Of a DNA stretch of 64,000 nucleotides, positions 55,601 to 64,000 are shown one piece after another; the first letter of the stretch is position 1; each line of letters opens with the position of its first letter. The DNA comes from Octopus vulgaris (Eukaryota): the NCBI GenBank assembly GCA_951406725.2, contig OX597817.1:52080001-52144000 (forward strand), given 5' to 3'. The notes beneath the pieces were generated by a model that was not told the origin of the DNA, did not search any database, and was given only the letters and a program-made list of their open reading frames with translations. Both the position numbers and the translations under genes were made by a program.

Positions 55601-58600
55601 CCTCCGTGCCAATGGCACGTAAAAAGCACCATTCAAGCATGATCATTACCTGCGTCGCGTGGTCATTGCCAGTGCCGCTAGACTGGCTCCTGTGCAGGTG
55701 GCACATAAAAAGCACCATTTGAGCATGGCCGCTGCCAGTGCCGCTTGACTGGCCCTCGTGCCGGTGGCACATAAAAGTACTTACTACACTCTGAGTAGTT
55801 GGTGTTAGGAAGAGAATCCAGCTGTAGAAACTCAGCCAGATCAGATTGGAGCCTGGTGCAGCCATCTGGTTCACCAGCTCTCAGTGAAAATCATCCAACC
55901 CATGCTAGCATGGAAAGCGGACGTTAAACGATGATGATGATATATCACATGATCGACCAGACTATCAGATGTTGTTATACATCACTGGTTACAATGCACT
56001 TTGCATCATTTTAGCTTTGAGATAATGCCACCCTGCTGGCTATGCGAGCAGGGCACCATTCCTTCTGATTGGGAGGTTAGTCCATTGCAGGGTTACCCAT
56101 TTACAGCTTAGTGGACTGAAGCAACATGAAATGAAGTGCTTTGCTCAAGAACACAATGCACCGCCCAATCCAGGAATCAAACCCACGATCTCGCTAGTGA
56201 GAGTGCAACACCCTAACCACATACATATCCATGTATGTGTGCATGTATGTGCATTCTTGTCTTGATATCTCATGATTGTTGCACATGAACATTACTGTCG
56301 TAAAAGCAGTGTTGTTTGTTCCTAGTCGTCCATGAAAAACACATCTGGCTATGGGGGCAGCTAAGGGTTCATGACAGGGAGAGGCATCCAGCAATAGAAA
56401 AAAATCTGCTTCAACATAATTCCATCTGACCCAATGCAAGCATGGAAAAGTTGGCATTAAATGGTGATGATGATAATGAAAAGGCAGCAAGCTGACGGAA
56501 TCGTTAGCATGCCGGGCGAAATGCTTAGCGGTATTTCGTCTGCCATTACGTTCTGGGTTCAAATTCTTTGCCTTTCATCCTTTCGGGGTCGATAAATTAA
56601 GTACCAGTTACGCACTGGAATCAGTGTAATTGACTTAATCCATTTGTCTGTCCTTGTTTGTCCCCTCTGTGTGTAGCCCCTTGTGGGTAGTAAAGAAATA
56701 GGTATTTCATCTGTCGTTACATTCTGAGTTCAAATTCCACCAAGGTCAACTTTGCCTTTCATCATTTCGGGATCAATAAATTAAGTACCAGTTACGCACT
56801 GGGATTGATATAATCGACTTAATCCGTTTGTCTGTCCTTGTTTGTCCCCTCTATGTTTAGCCTCTTGTGGGTAGTAAAGAAATAGGTATTTCGTCTGTCT
56901 TTATGTTCTGAGTTCAAATTCTGCTGAGGTTGACTTTGCCTTTCATCCTTTCGAGGTTGATAAATTAAGCACCAGTTACGCACTGGGGTCGATATAATCG
57001 ACTTAATCCGTTTGTCTTTGTTTGTCCCCTCTATGTTTAGCCCCTTGCGGGTAGTAAAGAAACAGATGATAATGAATCCTGATGTTTTCGATGTTCTTAA
57101 ATGCAAAACTTTGACAATCAAGGAATATTTTTACCTTCTCTTTCACACATTTAGGAGATTATAAGTCAGATGTCAAACCAACAGCCTCCGTCCCAGAAGC
57201 GTTTACCTCAGTTTTATTACACGAGAACACCTCCAGTCTGGTTACTCAAAGTAAGTTGGAGATTCTTATTCATTTCTCTTTGGTTTTTTTTTTTTTTCTC
57301 TCATCTTCAAAGTCTTACAGGTGATGGCCAAGGTGTGTTTTGGGAGGTTGTGTGACTGTTGACATATGTCTTGACTAGAGATGTACAAGATGTATTATTG
57401 GTTATAGTAAATTTCACCGTAAACATTTTTGCTATAGGAAAATTCACCATAATGGCATGGCCACGGCTTGTGAGCTGAAATTAGATGAAATGAAATGAAA
57501 TAAGAAATTTCATCTTAAATGATCTCCTCATGTTTTTTTTAATATTTGATTTCGAATAACGACTTATGTAAAACATTTATGAAACCTTTTATTATTATTT
57601 TTATTTTTAAAATGTTGATACGGTAGTGCTCCAGCATGACCGCTCCAGCATGGCTGAAACAAACAGAAGAATATGCTTTACCATTGTCCGTATAGCAAAA
57701 TTTCTTACAGTAAATTTTCTGGACATGATTCTTATTAATGTGTGTGTGTATTTGGATAACGTTTTGTAAGTCTCCATTATCTTACTTCACTCAATTTCAT
57801 ATTTTTCATCAGTCTGTCTGTGTGTCTGTCTCTTTCTTTCTAGAAACAATTGGCTCAGTTGCTGATCTCCCTTGGTTCCATTGGCTCAGCATGTGACATT
57901 CTTGAGCAGCTGGAGATGTGGGAGGATGTTATAGTTTGCTACCAACGGATGAACAAATTGGAGAAGGTAACTCACTCAGCCCCTTTAGCATCTTTCTTTA
58001 CAAATTAATAACCCTTGTTTCCTAAACTTCCTAAACATAGGTGCTGGAGTGGCTGTGTGGTAAGTAGCTTGCTTACCAACCACATGGTTCTGGGTTCAGT
58101 CTCACTGCATGGCACCTTGGGCAAGTGTCTTCTACTAAATTAGAAATTAGAAAAAAACACCATTTATCAATTCAATAAGGAAAAATTAAATTATACCATT
58201 TAGAAAAATTACCTATTATAGAAAGAGTAAATATAAGATAAAACATATAACGATGATTAAAAGTTGAAATAAATTGTTGACATTTTGATGTTTTAACAAT
58301 TGTTTATTCTGTTGTGTCTGGGGCGAGCCATTTTCTTTTTGTGCCTATAACTTAACACACTCACCGGTAAAATTTCCACTTATTTAAAAAATAAGAAATA
58401 AGTGGAAATTTTACCGGTGAGTGTGTTAGGCACAAAAAGAAAATGGCTCTCCCCAGACACAACAGAATATGCTTCAACACATGAACTCATATAAAGAATC
58501 TTGCAAACCAAATCCAAAAATGAAAAAATAATTGTTTATGTTATCTTATATTTGTGCTTGAGAAGACCCGGCAATCCAAGTGAGACCATAACCTCATGGC

Positions 58601-61600
58601 CTATGCCAGGGGTGCAACCAGCCCACTTATGCGTACCTTTCCTTCTTTGGACACTAAACTTTGCTTGCGAAGACCTGTTGAGGCAAGTGAAATCGAAATC
58701 AAATTTGATGACTGGCATCCATGCTAGTGGAGTGCTGAGAGCACCATCTGAGTGTGATCGTTGCCAGAACAGCTGACTGGCTTTCGCGTCGACGGCACGT
58801 AAAAGGCACAATTCAAGCGTGATCATTACCAGTGTCCCCTTACTGGCACGTGAAAAAACATTCAAGCGAGGTCGTTGCCAGTGCCGCTGGACTGGCTCCT
58901 GTGCAGGTGGCACGTAAAAAACACCATTTGAGCGTGGCCGTTGCCAGTACCGCCTGTGGCACATAAAAGCACCCACTACACTCTCGGAGTGGATGGCGTT
59001 AGGAAGGGCATCCAGCTGTAGAAACACTGCCTGATCAAGATTGGAGTCTGGTGCAGCCATCTGGTTCGCCAGACCTCAGTCAAATTGTCCAACCCATGCT
59101 AGCATGGAAAATGGAAGTTAAACGATGATGATGATATAATATAAATAAATTATTGGATTGTCAGTTGTATCTATCTATTTGAATTTATCTTTTTATATGT
59201 GTGTGTGTTCAGTTCTACTGTATGGCACCTTGGGAAAGTTTCTTCTACAATAGTCCTGGGCCAACCAAAGCACTGTGTGTAGATTTGGTAGATGAAAACT
59301 GTGGAAGCCCATTGTAACATCCGCTTTCCATGCTAGCATGGGTTGGACGATTTGACTGAGGGCTGGCAAACCAGATGGCTGCATCAGGCTCCAATCTTCA
59401 TTTGGCTGTGTCTCTACAGCTGGATGCCCTTCCTAACGCCAACCACTCCAAGAGTGTAGTGGGTGCTTTTTACGTGCCACTGGCACGGGTATGTATGTAT
59501 ATATGCATGTGTATGTGATGTACACTTCTGTTTTTCAGTTTATTTTCCTCGAAGTTTAATTTTTACTTTCATTAATGTTTTTCTTTAACAGTTCTTCACA
59601 TATCAATCTGTATATTTCTATTTCTTTAGGCTGAGTCATTGATCCGTGAACAGTTGGAGATAGAAGAAACTCCAAACCTCTGGTGTTTCCTTGGTGATGT
59701 CACAAGAAACATTGAGCACTACCAGAAGGCCTGGGAATTGTCGAATCACCGAAGTGCACGGGCCCAGCGCTGCATGGGTTACCTTTATTTTGGAAAAGAA
59801 GATGTAAGTTCCTATATAACATTAGTCTGGACAATTTTTTCTTGTTCATTAACTTTGGTCAGTTTTGCTTGAGTAGTTTCTATAACATGGTGTTGTTGAT
59901 CTTTGTAAAATCCTGCCTTTATTGTAGAACATGTTACCTTTGGGTTTAGAATTTAGCACTTTGCCTACCAGACCCAGTTTGTGCCATATTCTCTTTTGCA
60001 CCAGCAGTCAAATTTTGCTATAAGTTATGCAATTTTAATTTCTTTAACTCTATACACTTATATGTTCTAGTTTACTATATATGAACTATTATTGGGTTGT
60101 CCGGAAAGTTTGTGCCGATTTATAGTAGCTTACTTTCGACTTATTTTAGAACATGGTTGAGTCCATAAAATAGGATTTGACTATACCTCCATTTAGAGCA
60201 CAGTTTAAGCTATCTTTTCGTGGAAGAAGGTTTAAGTTCCTATAACCTGTGTTAATTCTGCAACCCTTTGAAATGGAAGATAAGAAAGTTCATTTTCGGC
60301 ACTTGATGCTTTGGGAACCAGACAAAAATTGCTGCAGCTCGGCTGGGATGTGTTACCCGACCCTCCATATTCACCAGATATTGCTCCTTCGGATTTCCAC
60401 TTATTCAGGTCTCTGCAGAATAGTCTTAATGGTAAAAATTTCAATTCCTTGGATGACGTAAAAAGATACCTTGATTAATTCTTTGCCATGAAACCACCTC
60501 AATTCTGGGAAGAGGGTATTTTCAAGTTAAAGGAAAGATGGAGATGCATTGTGCAACAAAATGCTTCATATTTGGTTGATTAAAAATGTAATGGCAAGTA
60601 TTTATTGACCTTTTTCTTTCCTTTAAAAATCGGCACAGACTTTCCGGACAGCCCAATACATCAGTTTATAGCACAAGTATCACTCGTGACCCCCATGGTA
60701 CAGCATGAATATTACATTCATGGAAGTCGTCAGTGATACAAATGTTAAATCGTGTTAAAATGTCCCTTATACCGCCATTTATGGATTATTTACATTCATT
60801 TATGATTTTTTGGTACGGATTATACTTCAGATTATATTGGCTTCTTTTTCACAAAAATTATTTTATCGAAGGCAGTGTTCCAATGCTGGAGATAACAATG
60901 ATTTGCATCCTCCTTACCAGGATTTATCTTGGCACTTATTGTGTTAAACTGAAAACCATCCAAGAAACACACAGAAATATGTCAGATGGACCTGGCATTT
61001 ACCATGTATGGATGGTGCTTTTTATGTGTCACAGGAGCCAGTCAGGGGACACTGGCATCAACCATGTTCGGATGGTGCTTTTTATGTGCCACTCACACGG
61101 GAGCCAGTCAGGGAGTACTGACATCAGCTACGTTCGGATGGTGCTTTTTACGTACCACAGGCATAGGAGCCAATCAGGGGCACTGGCTTCGACCACATTC
61201 AGATGGTGCTTTTTACGTACCACTGACACGGGAACCAGTCAGGTGGCACTGGTATTGACCACATTAATTCATATTATATGTTATGAAACACAATACTTAA
61301 CTTATTAAGTAATACATTCTAGAAACTTAATTGCGCAAATTATTATTATTATTATTATCTTTTTCTACATTAATTTCTGTTGATGTTTTTGTAGTGGGAC
61401 AATTGTCTGAGCTGCTTTGAGCGATCGCTGAAGATCAATACACTCCAGGTAAGAAAAACGCTTCTTTTTTTTTATTTAATGTTGCTCATAGTTGTTGTTG
61501 TTGTATGTATCGGCGTCATAGTAAAGGTACATGGCTTAGTGGTTTGGGTATTCAACTCATGATCATAAGGCCATGAGTTCAATTCCTGGTGGCATATTTT

Positions 61601-64000
61601 CTCCTTGAGCAAGACACTTTATTTCACATTGCTCCAGTTCACTCAGCTGGCAAAAATGAGTTGTACCTGTAATTACAAAGGGGCCAGCCTTATCACATTC
61701 TATGTCACACTGAATCTCGTTGAGATGCTCTATGTTTCTTTAAATTACTTTAAATATAACACAGAATTTAGAAAAATAACTTAGTTATCATTAAGCTAGT
61801 CTTAGGAACATAAATTGTGACTAAGGTTTGGAGGAAGATTTTAATTCAAAACTTACGAAAACAAGATATTTGTACTACAGAACCAGAGGTGGTTTCAGCC
61901 AAGTTGGTATCGAAAGGGTTAAGAATTGTTTCTATATCATGCCGTAGCCAGCGCCGCCCGACTGGCCTCCGTGCCGGTGGCACGTAAAAAGCACCATCCG
62001 ACCATGGCCGTTGCCAGCTTCGTCTGGTCCCCGTGCCAGTGGCACGTAAAAAGCACCATCCGATCATGGCCGTTTGCCAGCCTCGTCTGGCACCTGTGTC
62101 GGTGGCAGGTAAAAAGCACCCACTACACTCACGGAGTGGTTGGCGTTAGGAAGGGCATCCAGCTGTAGAAACACTGCCAGATCAGACTGGGCCTGGTGCA
62201 GCCTTCTGGCTTCCCAGACCCCAGTTAAACCGTCCAACCCATGCCAGCATGGAAAGCAGACGTTAAATGATGATGATGATATTTTAATCCTTTTGATACC
62301 TTATTTCTATTGAGATGCTCTGTGTTTCTTTCAATTAATTTTAAATATAACACAGAATTTAGTAAAATAACTCAGTTGTCATTCAGCTAGTGTCAGGAAC
62401 ATAAATTGTGACTAAGGTTTGGTGGAAGATTTTAATTCTAAACTTATCAAAACAAGATATTTGTACTCAGAGCCAGAGCCGGTTTCAGCTGGCTTGGTAA
62501 CGAAAGGATTAAGAGTACCTGTGTCTGTGGAGTACTCAGCCACTTGATTGGATCACCTGGATCCCTCACCATCACAACCGACAGATTGCTAGTCTTTTTT
62601 TTAATTTTATTGGTGTCGTATGTGTGTTAGTTGTGGTTGTCATTTACATGGATTGTTTAGAGTTCATCATTTCCCATCCACCCTGCCATGCTTGTATGAG
62701 CCTGATAGAATTTGCTGAGGCATATTTCTAGAGCCAGATGTTTAAGTATTTCTAACATGGGGAGGAGCTGTTTATAAAATGCTGTTGAAAGAGAGCAAAG
62801 GCTGAAAACGTTGGGGTCATATGGACCCAAACTCTATATTATGTTCGTGCCAAAAAGTTTTTAAAATTTCACTCATAATTTTTGTGGAGAAAACTTAGTA
62901 TTTGTCAGTTTGAGAATCTCTGAGATGAAGTAAAATGTGTGGCACCATCACACACACACACACACACACACAACCATTCTACTGAACTATGAATACAGTG
63001 CTTTATGAAATACCTAGATTTTCTAACGTGTTTATTTTGTTCTTTGTTTATCCCATACAGACCCCGCTCTGGTTTACTTACGGTTGTGCTTCACTTGCTG
63101 CCAGCAAATTCGAGACTGCTGCAAAAGCATTCCATCGCTGTGTCATGATTGATTCTGACGTGAGTATACTTATTGATTGATTGTGATTTGTGTTTATTTT
63201 GGACACCTGCTTGACTTCAACTCGTTAATCAAAAGAGATTATTAACAACTGAATAGTATCTACTCCTCTTACTTCCACCCATCTAATCTTCTAATTAAGT
63301 GTCTAGTTTATTATGTGTACGTAGACTGAGATGTGCTGTTTGTTATATTCCGCTGTTTGAATTATTTCTGTTAATTTTCGCCTAAGTAGAACGTGGCTAG
63401 TTTTATCACGTTGTCTGTGTTGTTTTATAACCGAGTCCTTGCTATCAAGGGAGATAATCTGTCTCGATTTTTTTTTTTAGCTTTTTTTACTGTGGCTATG
63501 CTGGGGCACTCCCTTGAAGGCATTAATCAAACAAATCGACTCCAGTACTTTTTTTTTAAAGTATAGTATTCTGTTAATCTATTTTGCTGAACTGCTAAGT
63601 GGTTGTTAATAAACCAACATCAATCACCAAGTAATGGTGGGGACAAACACAGACACATAATACATACACACACACACACATACATATGTACGTACATACA
63701 TTTATACATATATATATTTAAATTTAAAATAATAAGGGGGAAAATTGAATATTAATATATATATATATATATATATAAAAAAGACTTGTTTTATTTATAT
63801 TCCTGAGCGCCATACTAATACAATTGTTTGTTTGTATTCCACCTGCCTTCGTCTTTTGTTTATTTTCATAAAGCTTCCCGTAATATATATATATATATTA
63901 TATGTATATTTACATACATACATACACACACATATAATTAATGTATTTTCTTTGCAGAACTTTGAAGCGTGGGGTAATTTATCTACTGCATATCTGAAAC
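39495..64000 (+). CDS. TTC27: Tetratricopeptide repeat protein 27, multi-exon gene (17 coding exons visible, 3' end beyond window)
   Basis: Manually spliced GT-AG exons keep frame and give motifs I recognise from TTC27/Emw1 family proteins: [103 protein letters not shown]. Confidence 0.93.
39805..39979 (+). CDS. TTC27: TTC27 exon ([22 protein letters not shown]...STDPK)
   Basis: poly-T ttag acceptor, AG|gtaaaa donor; resembles TTC27 N-terminal LLEGNYEAI. Confidence 0.88.
40083..40451 (-). mobile_element. Non-autonomous Helitron, family H2 (intronic)
   Basis: Minus strand begins TCACAATATATATAAACGG and ends tgacctggcaacgctgggtca hairpin + cagtaCTAG|T. Confidence 0.7.
41284..41408 (-). ncRNA. 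Type-I hammerhead ribozyme motif (Penelope-like repeat)
   Basis: Minus strand gtct-CTGACGA-agcc...ggct-GAAA-cagctg-TA-agat: canonical core, stem I gtct/agat, palindromic stem III. Confidence 0.65.
41649..41781 (+). CDS. TTC27: TTC27 exon ([23 protein letters not shown]...VIYQ)
   Basis: ctcag acceptor, CAG|gtgagt donor; conserved Q.NWTGP motif; phases 2/0 fit. Confidence 0.9.
42715..42855 (+). CDS. TTC27: TTC27 exon ([20 protein letters not shown]...QQLW)
   Basis: polypyrimidine+gcag acceptor, gtacgt donor, 141 nt phase 0/0; DGE.Y motif. Confidence 0.9.
43091..43423. repeat. ~160-bp-arm AT-rich inverted repeat (intronic)
   Basis: Arms 43091-43250 and 43262-43423, 11-nt loop. Confidence 0.9.
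44903..45005 (+). CDS. TTC27: TTC27 exon ([24 protein letters not shown]...)
   Basis: tgtag acceptor, gtgagt donor; matches the family WW.LR...Q.LL..SP.L motif. Confidence 0.9.
46992..47028 (+). CDS. TTC27: TTC27 37-nt micro-exon ([13 protein letters not shown])
   Basis: ctttttttcag acceptor, AG|gtaaag donor; phase 1/2 is what is needed to join the flanking exons. Confidence 0.8.
47248..47527. mobile_element. TTAA-flanked MITE inserted in a SINE
   Basis: TTAA|cccataaagc ... gctttatgtg|TTAA; flanks rejoin as SINE cctttcagggttgattaaataagtaccag. Confidence 0.65.
47673..47797 (+). CDS. TTC27: TTC27 exon ([24 protein letters not shown]...VSLTG)
   Basis: ccag acceptor, G|gtaag donor; matches LE.AY...YYEY.K motif. 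Confidence 0.9.
48977..49472 (-). mobile_element. Probable solo LTR inserted in a SINE remnant
   Basis: Minus strand starts TGTAGTGACCCCTAGTGG and ends TCACTATA (imperfect TG...CA short IR), with TATAAA and AATAAA in LTR order; TSD imperfect. Confidence 0.55.
50036..50184 (+). CDS. TTC27: TTC27 exon ([21 protein letters not shown]...LPK)
   Basis: atcag acceptor, AAG|gtatgg donor; [10 protein letters not shown] signature of the family. Confidence 0.95.
50455..51330 (-). mobile_element. RTE/BovB-like LINE 3' fragment interrupted by a SINE
   Basis: [29 protein letters not shown] and C-terminal [21 protein letters not shown] finger; SINE at ~50916-51126 flanked by duplicated GTATGTAAA. Confidence 0.72.
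51720..51941. mobile_element. piggyBac-like MITE (TTAA TSD); related copies at ~33755-33961, ~61720-61918 and 62288-62508
   Basis: TTAA|ccctttcattac ... gtaacgaaaggg|TTAA; body shared among copies. Confidence 0.8.
52058..52167 (+). CDS. TTC27: TTC27 exon ([15 protein letters not shown]...EQAIVLGL)
   Basis: ttttcag acceptor, gtaag donor; NDDT.L motif. Confidence 0.92.
52301..52439. repeat. ~60-bp-arm near-perfect inverted repeat
   Basis: aagaaaaagggacaggcaaaacaggttgcttgaccgcataccgaaaaaaatagaaata mirrored across a short loop. Confidence 0.9.
53974..54345 (+). mobile_element. Helentron/DINE-1-like non-autonomous element
   Basis: Sub-terminal inverted repeats acctctgcc/ggcagaggt, internal (GTTT)n, 3' cactc-tct-gagtg hairpin, T-rich ends. 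Confidence 0.55.
54382..54451 (+). CDS. TTC27: TTC27 exon ([23 protein letters not shown])
   Basis: ccttcag acceptor, gtgagt donor, phase 2/0 fits. Confidence 0.88.
54903..55016 (+). CDS. TTC27: TTC27 exon ([24 protein letters not shown]...ERSMKQIE)
   Basis: ctacag acceptor, gtaagt donor; W.IQ..AL..R..LE...R.ER.M.Q motif. Confidence 0.93.
56482..57065 (+). mobile_element. tRNA-derived SINE family C (Nin/Deu-domain-like), three tandem units
   Basis: Head ...gaatcgttagcatgccgggcgaaatgcttagcgg, B-box gttcaaattc, gcctttcatcctttcggggtcgataaattaagtacc domain repeated three times; other copies at 5846-6005, 29966-30470, 44660-44825, 50916-51126. Confidence 0.85.
57155..57250 (+). CDS. TTC27: TTC27 exon ([32 protein letters not shown])
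   Basis: tttag acceptor, gtaagt donor; RL..FY....PP.W motif. Confidence 0.92.
57844..57966 (+). CDS. TTC27: TTC27 exon ([41 protein letters not shown])
   Basis: ttctag acceptor, gtaact donor; LEMWEDV..CY motif. Confidence 0.95.
58552..59135 (+). mobile_element. Retroposon family B with internal gtgccggtggcacgtaaaaagcacc tandem units and (GAT)n tail (copies at 19290-19560, 25305-25590, 33230-33720, 34400-34890, 41918-42505, 55370-55940, 61940-62280 and others)
   Basis: Shared 3' end ...ccaacccatgctagcatggaaagcggacgttaaacgatgatgatg; variable 5' truncation and unit number. Confidence 0.88.
59630..59803 (+). CDS. TTC27: TTC27 exon, TPR ([10 protein letters not shown]...[17 protein letters not shown]...KED)
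   Basis: ctttag acceptor, gtaagt donor; TP.LWC.LGD and AWELS..RSARAQR motifs. Confidence 0.95.
60092..60656 (+). mobile_element. Internally deleted mariner with both TIRs and TA TSDs (intronic)
   Basis: TA|ttgggttgtccggaaagtttgtgccgattt ... aaatcggcacagactttccggacagcccaa|TA; transposase start [14 protein letters not shown] joined to the YSPDIAPSD region; same family as 10106-10493. Confidence 0.92.
61395..61448 (+). CDS. TTC27: TTC27 exon ([18 protein letters not shown])
   Basis: tgtag acceptor, CAG|gtaag donor; CFERS.KIN motif. Confidence 0.92.
63061..63159 (+). CDS. TTC27: TTC27 exon, TPR ([33 protein letters not shown])
   Basis: atacag acceptor, gtgagt donor; WF..GCA.L.......AF.RCV motif. 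Confidence 0.94.
63958..64000 (+). CDS. TTC27: TTC27 exon, truncated by window end ([14 protein letters not shown])
   Basis: tttgcag acceptor; N.EAW.NLST.Y TPR motif. Confidence 0.92.

Noticed and set aside
60733-61308. 191-aa ORF (and similar ones at 33393-33765, 55464-55874, 58536-59060)
   Set aside because: Chance open frames through family B tandem units; no recognisable domain.

Overview
AT-rich, repeat-dense eukaryotic (animal) genomic DNA. The SINE families and microsatellite load look like an octopus/coleoid cephalopod genome (inference from recognising the repeats, not a database result). The only protein-coding gene I can support is TTC27 (tetratricopeptide repeat protein 27) on the + strand: 17 GT-AG exons from 39495 to beyond the window end splice in frame with consistent phases. 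Its promoter/non-coding first exon may lie near 16.8 kb, giving a ~22 kb first intron (inferred). The rest is three tRNA-headed SINE families plus a fourth SINE-like retroposon family, RTE-LINE fragments, mariner relics, non-autonomous Helitrons, TTAA- and TA-flanked MITEs, a probable solo LTR, a tRNA-iMet pseudogene and microsatellites; most other ORF-track entries are repeat artefacts. Most interesting signal: about ten minimal type-I hammerhead-ribozyme-like motifs from several distinct Penelope-like repeat families, including a G3-C8 covariant core and repeated U4C and A6U cores. Also notable: a candidate HDV-like ribozyme heading a bipartite RTE element, many fold-back inverted repeats in the inferred TTC27 transcription unit, and extra CpG decay in a Helitron copy that may mark the gene body.
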